Assembly: GCA_050125095.1 (NCBI GenBank)
Contig: JASFEA010000040.1
Span: forward strand, 1-21,944
DNA length: 21,944 bases
DNA from: a bacterium
GTDB taxonomy: Bacteria > Arandabacterota > Arandabacteria > Arandabacterales > JALGWA01
Direction: 5' to 3'
Each line of letters opens with the position of its first letter. Position 1 is the stretch's first letter. Positions 1-7,983 of the stretch are shown here, piece after piece. The position numbers and the translations under genes are program-made. Below the pieces are notes generated by a model. That model was not told where the DNA came from, ran no database searches, and worked only from the letters and a program-made list of their open reading frames with translations.

Positions 1-1
1 G

Positions 2-214
2 AAAGGGAATGGGCTGCGCACCGCCGTCAGAACGGGCATTGAATGGCGTGTCACGAGCGGCGTCTTTCTCAGACTCGGGTCATGCACCTTCCCGAGGGAG
101 TTCTCACTGGGACTCGGCCTCAGCATCAGGGGACTCAGCCTGGACCTCTCTTCATCGGCGAACATCGACCTCGGGCCCACACATGTTGCGGGCATCGGTT
201 ACCGGTGGAACTGA
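2..214 (+). CDS. 3' end of an outer-membrane beta-barrel protein, PorV/PorQ-like (5'-truncated by window)
   Basis: Not in the ORF track. Frame 2 is open from the window edge to TGA 212-214: KGNGLRTAVRTGIEWRVTSGVFLRLGSCTFPREFSLGLGLSIRGLSLDLSSSANIDLGPTHVAGIGYRWN. It has alternating beta-strand patterning (GIEW, LRLG, SLGLG, LGPTH) and an aromatic C-terminal strand. Confidence 0.7.
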   Translation, partial: KGNGLRTAVRTGIEWRVTSGVFLRLGSCTFPREFSLGLGLSIRGLSLDLSSSANIDLGPTHVAGIGYRWN

Positions 215-474
215 TGTCGGTTTTCGGACGGCGCTGTCGCTTTCCGGACGCCTGCGGGCCTTCCCGTCCGGGATGGGGCGTCCCCGGATGTGTAGGTCGG
301 CGCGGAATCGCAGCCGCCGCATGGCACGGATGTTGCGTTGCTGGAGTGTCGAGGATGCTTGGCGGGCGGACGGTTCCCGCGCTTGTATTGCCGCCCGCCT
401 TTCATACCTCGCCGGCATATGATGCTCCCGGGCCGCTGCCACCTGTCACGAGTGCCCGGGGGAGGGCGGCTCAG

Positions 475-503
475 TTGACCCCGGGCCGCGCCTGTGTTAG
501 ATT
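475..503 (+). promoter_or_regulatory. sigma70-type promoter for block 1
   Basis: TTGACC (475-480), 17-bp spacer, extended -10 TG (495-496) and TAGATT (498-503), lying 20 bp upstream of ATG 524. Confidence 0.65.
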
Positions 504-523
504 CTCCCCCACAAGAGGGGAGT

Positions 524-1345
524 ATGACGAAGAGAAACTTCTGGTGGCTTTACATCCTCATCGGCTTCCTCATCTACGCCGGCCTCATCGAGCCTTACTG
601 GTTAAAGGTAAAGACCTACAACCTGACCATACCCGGCTTCCCGGCAAGGCCGGTCTGCATAGTCCATGTCGCCGACACCCATACCACATCGGTCAGCCTC
701 AGGGAGCGGCGGCTCGTGAAGATTGTGGACGAAATAAGGCCGGACTTTCTGTTCGTAACAGGAGACCTGCTCATGAGTAACGGCTCTCTTTCCGAGGGGC
801 TTTCCTTCTTATCGATGCTCAATGCGCGTGAAGGTGTTTTTGTCGTTTGCGGCAACGCCGACGTCGCCATTCACAGGGCGAGGGACCGCGGCATGCTGTG
901 GGAAGACACCCCGAATGTGCGATTTCTCTTTAATGAGAGCGTCGACTGCGGCGCCTTCACGCTCGTAGGCCTGGACGATCCGGTCAACTACAGAGCCAGG
1001 CCCGGGGAAGCCCTGCAAGGAGTGGACGGAACCAGGCCGGTCGTGGTATTGACCCATTTCCATCCCGACGACCTGCTGGAAGACCTCCGGAAGGCCGGGG
1101 TGGATCTGGTGCTCTCAGGCCATACCCACGGCGGCCAGCTCGGCATACCGGCCCTGGTGCGCGTGATTCCATACGCGTCGAGGAGCGAGTACATCTCCGG
1201 CCTTTTCGATTTGGGCGGCTGTTATCTCAATGTCACAAAAGGCGTCGGCACCAGCATCTTCCCCTTCAGGTTCCTGTGCAGGCCCGAGGTCGATGTCTTC
1301 TATATCTCGGGTGGCGGCACGGCTGCTCCGGGAACGGGCGAGTGA
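524..1345 (+). CDS. Membrane-anchored calcineurin-like metallophosphoesterase (YkuE/YaeI-like), 273 aa
   Basis: N-terminal hydrophobic anchor followed by IEPY. Motifs HVADTH, VTGDL, GNAD, LTHFHP, LSGHTHGGQ, GVG...PFRFLCRPE. Purine-rich SD-like GAGGGGAG lies just before ATG 524. Confidence 0.9.
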   Translation: MTKRNFWWLYILIGFLIYAGLIEPYWLKVKTYNLTIPGFPARPVCIVHVADTHTTSVSLRERRLVKIVDEIRPDFLFVTGDLLMSNGSLSEGLSFLSMLNAREGVFVVCGNADVAIHRARDRGMLWEDTPNVRFLFNESVDCGAFTLVGLDDPVNYRARPGEALQGVDGTRPVVVLTHFHPDDLLEDLRKAGVDLVLSGHTHGGQLGIPALVRVIPYASRSEYISGLFDLGGCYLNVTKGVGTSIFPFRFLCRPEVDVFYISGGGTAAPGTGE

Positions 1346-3210
1346 GAGCATTTCCATTCATCCTGTTTGCGACATGCGCCTTCATACTCACAGCGCCGGG
1401 CGCCGTCTCCGCGCAGACGGGCGATGAGATGTTCAAGAATGTCGAGTCGGAGGAGGAGTATCAGGACCTGCTGAGCGTCCTGGACGCTGCGCTCAAGCAA
1501 CCCATCAACCTGACCGAAGCCGACCCGGAGACCATGGCGGCCCTGCCGTGGATAAGCCCGTGGCTGGCGGCGCGCATCGTCGAGCTCAGGAGCGCGGGCA
1601 TGCTGGGCTCACTGGACGACCTCACGCGCATAGAGGGCGTGACTCCCGAGACGGTTAACCTGCTTGAACCTTTCGTCACAGTGAAACCTTCGGAGAAGGC
1701 GGTACGCGTCAAGGGCACTTCGAGGCTGCGCTTCATATCGAGCCCGCCACGGTCGGATATCAACGCGAATAAGACCTATTTCACCCTGCGCGCCGACTAC
1801 TCGGGCTTCGGAATCGGCTTCACCGCGGAGAAGGACAGGTTCGAAACACAGGTGAATGACTTTCAGTCCATCTACGCCGAGAAGACCTGGCCGTCGCTCT
1901 ATATCGCGGCGGGCAACTACTTCCTGAACTCGGGGTACGGGCTCGTCTACTCGGGGCCTTACGGCTACTCGCCTTCCACGATCGGCCCGTTCAGGTTCAG
2001 CCGCCGGGTCTTCGGCATCGAGCCCTATACTTCGACGGTCGAGAACTTCGCCCTCGGCGGTGCGGCCGTCGCCTTCAGAACTGACGGCCTCGAGATCTGC
2101 GCGGCGTTCTCGAGCACCCATCTTGACGCGAGGGTCGACGAGCACGGCGTAGTCCAGTCCATTCAGACAACGGGCCTGCATGTGAGCGGGAGCGAGACGG
2201 AAGGGAAGGATAAACTGCGAGAAGACCTCGCCGGACTTACCGTACGTTATGACCGCGGCAGGTGGCGCGCCGGCGCGAGTCTGTCCCTGAGCAGGTTCAA
2301 CCGCGACTTCGAGGCGGGAGCCTTCCCCTGGCTCGAAGGGAACACCAATTACATAGGAGGCATTGACCTCTCGTTCGTCGGCGGCGACTTCGGGCTTTTC
2401 GGAGAAACCGGCATCTCGCAGGCGGGCGGCCTGGCCATGCTGGGAGGCGTGGCATTCGAGCGGCCCAGCATGGACCTCCTCGCGCTCGGACGCAAGTACC
2501 CGCGCAGCTTCTTCAGCCTCCACTCGAGACCGTTCTCCGCCTACTCGCGCGCAACCGCGGGAGAGGAAGGCCTGTTCTTCCGGCTTACGCTGAAGCCAGC
2601 CCCGCGCACAGTGATCGCCATAAGCAATGACATCCACCGGAAGGACCTGGGGTTCGGGACCGGCATGACTCCTTCGGGCTCGGAAACCCTGTTCGAAATC
2701 GGCGTGGGCTTCGGGCGTTTCAGATTCGAGGTATCCGAGAAGATTACTGACAGCGAGAACCCGCCCGAGGGCGCCGACGACATGACAACCGAACAGGCGC
2801 GCTATCGCACGCGCGCCGACCTCGAGTACAAGCCCCACAGGGTGCTATGGCTCAGGCTGCGTCTCGAGTATCTCCATTCACGCAAAGAAGAGGGAGCTCA
2901 GATCGACAAGTTCTCCTCAGACCTGATGCGTCTGGATATGCGCCTCCTGGCCGCCGCCTGGTTTACGGTCAAGTCCGGCTTCCACGTGTTCAGGGTCGAG
3001 GACTTCTCGGCGCGCCTCTACCAGTACGAATCCGGCCTTCCCTACTACCCGTCCCTAGAGATGTTGAAAAGCGATGGTTCGCGGTGGTATCTTATTGGTG
3101 TATTGGATTTCGGCCGCGCCGGCACGGCGACGCTCAAGTACGGCGCAACCATATACGAAAACGACGATGACAGGGAAGACCTGCGTTTCGACTACGGGGT
3201 GAGATTTTGA
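1342..3210 (+). CDS. Exported ComEA-type helix-hairpin-helix domain protein with C-terminal outer-membrane beta-barrel, 622 aa
   Basis: GTG 1342 overlaps the upstream stop (GTGA). Signal peptide MRAFPFILFATCAFILTAPGAVSA. HhH_3-like segment PINLTEADPETMAALPWI...LDDLTRIEGV (~1501-1683). Amphipathic strands follow, ending in the BAM-type signature ..FDYGVRF. Confidence 0.8.
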   Translation: MRAFPFILFATCAFILTAPGAVSAQTGDEMFKNVESEEEYQDLLSVLDAALKQPINLTEADPETMAALPWISPWLAARIVELRSAGMLGSLDDLTRIEGVTPETVNLLEPFVTVKPSEKAVRVKGTSRLRFISSPPRSDINANKTYFTLRADYSGFGIGFTAEKDRFETQVNDFQSIYAEKTWPSLYIAAGNYFLNSGYGLVYSGPYGYSPSTIGPFRFSRRVFGIEPYTSTVENFALGGAAVAFRTDGLEICAAFSSTHLDARVDEHGVVQSIQTTGLHVSGSETEGKDKLREDLAGLTVRYDRGRWRAGASLSLSRFNRDFEAGAFPWLEGNTNYIGGIDLSFVGGDFGLFGETGISQAGGLAMLGGVAFERPSMDLLALGRKYPRSFFSLHSRPFSAYSRATAGEEGLFFRLTLKPAPRTVIAISNDIHRKDLGFGTGMTPSGSETLFEIGVGFGRFRFEVSEKITDSENPPEGADDMTTEQARYRTRADLEYKPHRVLWLRLRLEYLHSRKEEGAQIDKFSSDLMRLDMRLLAAAWFTVKSGFHVFRVEDFSARLYQYESGLPYYPSLEMLKSDGSRWYLIGVLDFGRAGTATLKYGATIYENDDDREDLRFDYGVRF

Positions 3211-3221
3211 GGAGTTGGCGA

Positions 3222-5372
3222 ATGAAACGAATGACGGTGAGCCTTCTGGCCGCGGCGATTGCCGCAGCGCTACTTCTGCCTGCATGGGCCTCCATTTATG
3301 GTGAAGCGGAGAGCCGGCTTCACATCGTTCCGCTGGACGGCGGGCTCCTGAGTTCGGACGCGCGGGACATCCGCGTCTTTGTGCTGTCGGCCGATGAGGC
3401 GCTCGTCGAAGTCCTGCCGCCGGCTGCGGGTCGGTTCGGCGCCCGGACCTCAATCGAGCTGGGACCGACAGGGGCTTATAACATCTACCTCGTACCTTCA
3501 CACCTTCCCGGGGAGTTTCTGACGAGAAGCATCGAGGACGGGGGGGTTGAAGTCATTCACTCCAACGAAGAGCGGGTTATTTTCAGGGCCGACTCTGAAA
3601 CGGCCTACAATCTCTATCTCATGGGCTACGTCGTGACCAGGGTCAGGTTCATTCCGCTGCATAAGCTTGCGGGCAGGCCCGACGCCCGTGCGGTGCATGA
3701 GGCTATGCTCGCGGAGCGGCCGCTCACCACCGAGAGGCTGGGCTTCATGAAGGCCATGTCGGAAAGCGCGAGCGCGGACAGCCTTCGGGATCTCATCTAC
3801 TGGCTCGGTTATGACTCAGAAGCAGACGAGTACAGGTCCAGATTTGCGGCCCGGTACGATCTGGATGAGGACGTTACGCCGGTCCTCTACGAGAAGCTCC
3901 GCGGGTACATCGAGCCGGCAGGGGGACAGGTGCATATGGATGACTTCCCGCTTCTACGCGGCAGTCATTACCTGGGCCAGGCGAGCAGTGCGACCAATGT
4001 GTGGGGAGAGATGCCCGGCGCGAAGACAAGCGCCTATTATGTCATATGCGGGCACTTCGACGCCACCGCCTCCCACGATGACGATTTCAGTACCCTGTGG
4101 ACCGAGATGCCGGCGCCCGGCGCGGACGACAACGCCACCGGCACTGCCGCCGTAATCGAGTGCGCGCGCCTTATGGCGCCCATGGCGCTCGACTTCGGCG
4201 TCAGGTTCGCGCTCTTCTCGGCGGAGGAGAACAACGGGGCGGGGAATCTTCAGGGGAGCGCGGCCTTCGTAGATTCGCTTGCCGAGGCCGACTCGATTAT
4301 CGCGGTCATCAATCTTGATATGATAGGCTACTGGGAGGAATACAGGAAATGTGAGATCAGCTACGGCTGGAGGTCGGAGTGGCTCTCATGGGAGCTTGAA
4401 GCCATGGCTGAGAGCCTGGACCTCGAAACGGAGTTTGAGTCATTCCAGCGGGCCCAGATACATAACAGCGACCACGCGTCTTTCTGGCTAATGGGCATCC
4501 CCGCCCTGATGCTGAGCGAGAGGAACGAGGACTATGCCACCGTCCCCATATACCCTTATTATCACTCCGGGTCGGACACTCTCGGCAATCTGGACATGGA
4601 CCAGGTGCGCGACAACGTCGCGCTGATCGTCGGCTACTTCTCCCGCTTCGCCGAGATACCCGGCGACTCGCTGAGCGACCTGGAAGTGAGCGCGGAGAGT
4701 ATGGAATTCGACTGGGACGGTCGCGCCAGGAGCGATCCCATGGTGGCGGGACAGGATCTCAAGCTCACAGTGCGCGCCATCAACACCGGAGGCTCCTTTG
4801 ACGGCAGCCGGGATTACGAATTCAAAGTCTGGCGTTCGGAGATCGAATCCGGAGAGCTCGTTTACGATGATACGGTGGAACTCAACGTCGTCTCAGGCGG
4901 CACGACCGTGGCCGTCGCCGAGTGGAAGACTCCCGAAAATGTTTACGGAGACATCGTGTATTCCGTGTCCCTGCTGCCCGTCGATGAAGGGGTGGAAAGC
5001 GACATCGGCAACAACCAGGCAATGGCCACTCTGGCGATCGCGCCGCAGGAGGCGGTGCTTCAGAATTTCCATGTCTATCCCAATCCGACAGGCAGCCCGG
5101 CCGACGCCAGGATGGCCGGGGATATACTTACGAAGAGGACCGACTTCCTGGCCAGCTATGTCGCGCGGGTCTACGACCCGACCGGCCTGAGGCTGCTCAA
5201 GGGAGAGGGACTGATCGATACTGAGGAGATCGACATACCGCTGTCGGACTTGACAGGTGACGCCTCGACGCTGTCACCGGGGCTCTATATCTGCGTTATT
5301 GAACTCAACGTCCGCGATCAGGACGAGAACATAACGGCCGTCGCCAAGTTCGGCGTCGTGTCGGGACAATAG
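3222..5372 (+). CDS. Secreted M28-family metallopeptidase with Ig/CARDB-like domain and T9SS-type C-terminal sorting domain, 716 aa
   Basis: SD GAGGAG (3209-3214) before ATG 3222; signal peptide present. M28 motifs CGHFDA, PGADDNATG, FSAEE, INLDMIG, SDHASF, YYHSGSDT. CARDB-like region (VRAINTG...ESDIGNNQA). CTD motif VYPNP...GLYICVI...KFGVV. Confidence 0.85.
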   Translation: MKRMTVSLLAAAIAAALLLPAWASIYGEAESRLHIVPLDGGLLSSDARDIRVFVLSADEALVEVLPPAAGRFGARTSIELGPTGAYNIYLVPSHLPGEFLTRSIEDGGVEVIHSNEERVIFRADSETAYNLYLMGYVVTRVRFIPLHKLAGRPDARAVHEAMLAERPLTTERLGFMKAMSESASADSLRDLIYWLGYDSEADEYRSRFAARYDLDEDVTPVLYEKLRGYIEPAGGQVHMDDFPLLRGSHYLGQASSATNVWGEMPGAKTSAYYVICGHFDATASHDDDFSTLWTEMPAPGADDNATGTAAVIECARLMAPMALDFGVRFALFSAEENNGAGNLQGSAAFVDSLAEADSIIAVINLDMIGYWEEYRKCEISYGWRSEWLSWELEAMAESLDLETEFESFQRAQIHNSDHASFWLMGIPALMLSERNEDYATVPIYPYYHSGSDTLGNLDMDQVRDNVALIVGYFSRFAEIPGDSLSDLEVSAESMEFDWDGRARSDPMVAGQDLKLTVRAINTGGSFDGSRDYEFKVWRSEIESGELVYDDTVELNVVSGGTTVAVAEWKTPENVYGDIVYSVSLLPVDEGVESDIGNNQAMATLAIAPQEAVLQNFHVYPNPTGSPADARMAGDILTKRTDFLASYVARVYDPTGLRLLKGEGLIDTEEIDIPLSDLTGDASTLSPGLYICVIELNVRDQDENITAVAKFGVVSGQ

Positions 5373-5374
5373 CG

Positions 5375-7783
5375 ATGCATAGAACCCCGGGCGCGGCCGC
5401 GGCCTTTCGCAGGGACGTTCTCGCCTGTGCTTTCACCTTCTGCGCCACGCTTGTCGTTTACATCATAACGCTGCCCCCGAACCTGCTTCCCGGGGACGGC
5501 GGAGAGCTCATAGCGGCTTCGCGCACGCTCAGCGTCGCGCACCCGCCCGGCTACCCTCTCTATCTCATGCTGGGCAGGATCTTCTCGAGCGTCTTCGCCT
5601 TCGGATCGGTTGCGCTGCGCTTCAATCTGATGTCCGCCGTCCTGGCCTCCGCGGTCGCGGTCATGCTCTACGCCCTCGCTAGGCTCCTCGGGGCGGGCAG
5701 GTGGGTTGCCGTTGCGGTTGCGGCCGGACTGGCCACGCGTGACGCCTGGTGGCTTCAGGCTGTGGGAGCGGAAGTCTATACGCTCAACGCCGTGTTCGTT
5801 GCGGCTCTGCTGCTGATAGCTCTGAAGGGCATCAGGCGGGGAGACAGGGTGATTGTGCTTCTGGGGCTGGCCGGCGGTCTGGCGGTCTCGCATCACCTCA
5901 GCCTCGTCTGGACGCTTGCCGCCGCCGCAATAGCCCTTATCGCGCTGGGAGTGAAACCGCGCATGGGGGCCGTCGCCATGGCCGCGCTGCTCTTCTTCGC
6001 CGGGCTCACCGTGTGGCTGTATATACCTGTCCGCGCGGCGCAGTCGCCGCCGCTCACCTGGGGAGACACGGCCGGATTCGACGGCTTCCTGTCGCATATC
6101 ACCGCCCAGGGATACAGGTGGAGACTGAAATCCCTTGACCCCGGCGCCAGGCTCGTCGATTTCGGGGCGTACGTGCGGCTCATGTTTACGCAGGCCGGCC
6201 CGTGGCTTTCGGCTCTGGCCGCGATCGGTCTGGTGGTCTCGCTGCGGAAGTGGAGGCTGTTGCTCGGACTCCTTCTCGTCTACGTCTTTTACGGCGTGCA
6301 TCTGTCGGCCTATAACATCCCGGATATCGACGGCCACGTCTTCCCGGCCCTCGTCCCCCTGGGCGCCCTCGCCGCGCTCGGGGCGGACTTCCTGGCCGGG
6401 AGACTGGGTAGGGTGCGCAGGGCTGCGGGGGCGGCCGTTCTGGCCGCGGTGTCGCTGATCTTCGTGACCAACGTGATCTCGCTGGACGGGAGGAAGGACG
6501 AGTGGTTCGCGAATGACTACGCGCTGGCCGCCGTTCGGAGCGCCGTGGGCCCGGGCGCCCGGAATCCGTTGGTGATAGGAAGCGGGAGCGCCCTGGACTT
6601 CGCCGCACTCTATATGTCACTGGTGGAGGAAGCTCCAGTCCAGGTCTATATAATGGGGGTATCCAATCCTGCAGCCGCGGGCCTTCCCGGCTCCCCGCGC
6701 CACATGGACGAGTGCGTGGAGTGGGCCCTCCGGGACAGGGACGTGTCGGAGATCGCGTTGATCGGCCCGGCTCCCCAAGTGATCGCCGGGCACGAGACTG
6801 AGATCTGCGGGATGGTCTATGCGCTTGAAGGAGACGGGCGGGATTGCACTCCGCCCGACCGCATTGAGGTGCGCGGGCACGACGGGGATGACAGGGACTT
6901 CAACTCGCGGCTGCTCTCGGGAACTTATCATCTCCACATCGCCAGGTGGCACGTCGCAAGCGGCGATACGGCATCCGCGCGCGAGTCGATAGCCGATGCA
7001 GTCAGGATAGCCTATGACGACGTGGGCACCCATATCTATGCGTCCCGGCTTCTTCTCGAGATGGGCTCGTCCCGCGAGTCATTCCTCATGGCGGAAAAGG
7101 CCGCCGAAGTTGACCCTGATTTCTTCGAGGCCCATGACCTGCTGGCGAGTCTCTATTTCATGGGCGGCAATCTCGACCGCGCGATCGCCGAGTACGAGAT
7201 GGCCCTGGACGGCAATCCCAACCCGGCGCCCGTATACTCCAATCTGGGTAACGCGTACTCCAAGAAGCGCGACTATGCTCAAGCCATGGAATACTATCGC
7301 GAGGCCCTCAGGCTTGACGATGCTACGGTGAACGCCCATATCGGCCTGGGCATCGCCATCAGCCAGACGGGCGACGTCGACCTTGGCATCCAGCACCTGA
7401 GGCGGGCAAGGGAACTCCAGCCCCGTTCTCCGCTTCCATACCACTCGGAAGCCACGGTGCTCATGGGCCTCGAGCGATACGGACAGGCAATGACGGTTGT
7501 CGAAAGCGGCCTCAAAGCCGTTCCCGGCGACGCCAATCTGCTGTCCGACAAGGGGCTGGTATTGCTCAGAACCGGCGAGCCCGACTCGGCGGTGACCTAT
7601 CTTGGGCGCGCCCTCGAGGCCAATCCCGATATGCTCACGGCGCGCGGCAATCTTGCCGTTGCCTATGAGCGCCTGGGCGATGAGGAGAGAGCCCGAGAGC
7701 ACTATCACAAGTACATCCAGGCGGCTCCGCCCGGCCCTTCCCGCGACCGGGCCACGGCGGCGCTGCGTCGCCTGGGCGGTTGA
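5375..7783 (+). CDS. DUF2723/TMEM260-like GT-C membrane glycosyltransferase (protein O-mannosyltransferase-like) with C-terminal TPR repeats, 802 aa
   Basis: Motifs PGDGGELIAA...VAHPPGYPLYLMLGR, AEVYTLN, SHHLS, WLYIPVRA...WGD. Multiple transmembrane segments. TPRs from ~6930 (e.g. VYSNLGNAYSKKRDYAQAMEYYREALRLD). Confidence 0.85.
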   Translation: MHRTPGAAAAFRRDVLACAFTFCATLVVYIITLPPNLLPGDGGELIAASRTLSVAHPPGYPLYLMLGRIFSSVFAFGSVALRFNLMSAVLASAVAVMLYALARLLGAGRWVAVAVAAGLATRDAWWLQAVGAEVYTLNAVFVAALLLIALKGIRRGDRVIVLLGLAGGLAVSHHLSLVWTLAAAAIALIALGVKPRMGAVAMAALLFFAGLTVWLYIPVRAAQSPPLTWGDTAGFDGFLSHITAQGYRWRLKSLDPGARLVDFGAYVRLMFTQAGPWLSALAAIGLVVSLRKWRLLLGLLLVYVFYGVHLSAYNIPDIDGHVFPALVPLGALAALGADFLAGRLGRVRRAAGAAVLAAVSLIFVTNVISLDGRKDEWFANDYALAAVRSAVGPGARNPLVIGSGSALDFAALYMSLVEEAPVQVYIMGVSNPAAAGLPGSPRHMDECVEWALRDRDVSEIALIGPAPQVIAGHETEICGMVYALEGDGRDCTPPDRIEVRGHDGDDRDFNSRLLSGTYHLHIARWHVASGDTASARESIADAVRIAYDDVGTHIYASRLLLEMGSSRESFLMAEKAAEVDPDFFEAHDLLASLYFMGGNLDRAIAEYEMALDGNPNPAPVYSNLGNAYSKKRDYAQAMEYYREALRLDDATVNAHIGLGIAISQTGDVDLGIQHLRRARELQPRSPLPYHSEATVLMGLERYGQAMTVVESGLKAVPGDANLLSDKGLVLLRTGEPDSAVTYLGRALEANPDMLTARGNLAVAYERLGDEERAREHYHKYIQAAPPGPSRDRATAALRRLGG

Positions 7784-7797
7784 CGGCGCGGGCCCCG

Positions 7798-7853
7798 CGT
7801 TGTGCATTCCAAGACCTGACCCCTGATCGTTGTGCATTCCAAGACCTGACCCC
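7798..7853 (+). repeat. Two perfect 26-bp direct repeats (30-bp period)
   Basis: CGTTGTGCATTCCAAGACCTGACCCC at 7798-7823 and 7828-7853, separated by TGAT. Confidence 0.95.
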
Positions 7854-7855
7854 GA

Positions 7856-7884
7856 TTGACACCTCCCGGTCTCGGTGTTATACT
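7856..7884 (+). promoter_or_regulatory. Strong sigma70-type promoter of the nucleobase-catabolism operon
   Basis: Consensus TTGACA (7856-7861), 17-bp spacer, extended -10 TG (7876-7877) and TATACT (7879-7884). Confidence 0.85.
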
Positions 7885-7889
7885 ATGCT

Positions 7890-7983
7890 GCCGCCCTGTA
7901 GCGGCTTTAATTTAGGCGTTCACCCTGATTCCGGAGGCAACGACGCCGGGACGGGTGAGCGTCCTCCCCGAAGAGAAAGAGTT
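7890..7983 (+). promoter_or_regulatory. Structured 5' leader (two hairpins)
   Basis: GCCGC/GCGGC stem (7890-7905) followed by TTTAATTTA. Long hairpin 7915-7963 with an 11-bp outer stem and a 6-bp inner stem. Confidence 0.45.

Noticed and set aside
504-522. CTCCCC/GGGGAG hairpin that could occlude the SD of the phosphoesterase
   Set aside because: The 5' arm lies upstream of the predicted transcription start (~510), so it is probably not in the mRNA.
9-780. ORF-track entries 9..422, 43..780, 152..442 and 199..405
   Set aside because: They are Arg/Pro/Ser-rich with no motifs and overlap the better-supported frame-2 barrel fragment, the promoter or the phosphoesterase.
7798-7853. Tandem repeat as a CRISPR array
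   Set aside because: There are only two copies with a 4-bp spacer and no cas genes.
7780-7983. 68-aa N-terminal extension of the nitrilase containing repeated RCAFQDLTP
   Set aside because: It is a translation of the DNA repeat, promoter and leader; family similarity begins at ATG 7984.
7890-7983. Assignment of the leader to a known purine, xanthine or Moco riboswitch
   Set aside because: The consensus cores are not recognisable by eye, so it is kept only as an unassigned candidate.
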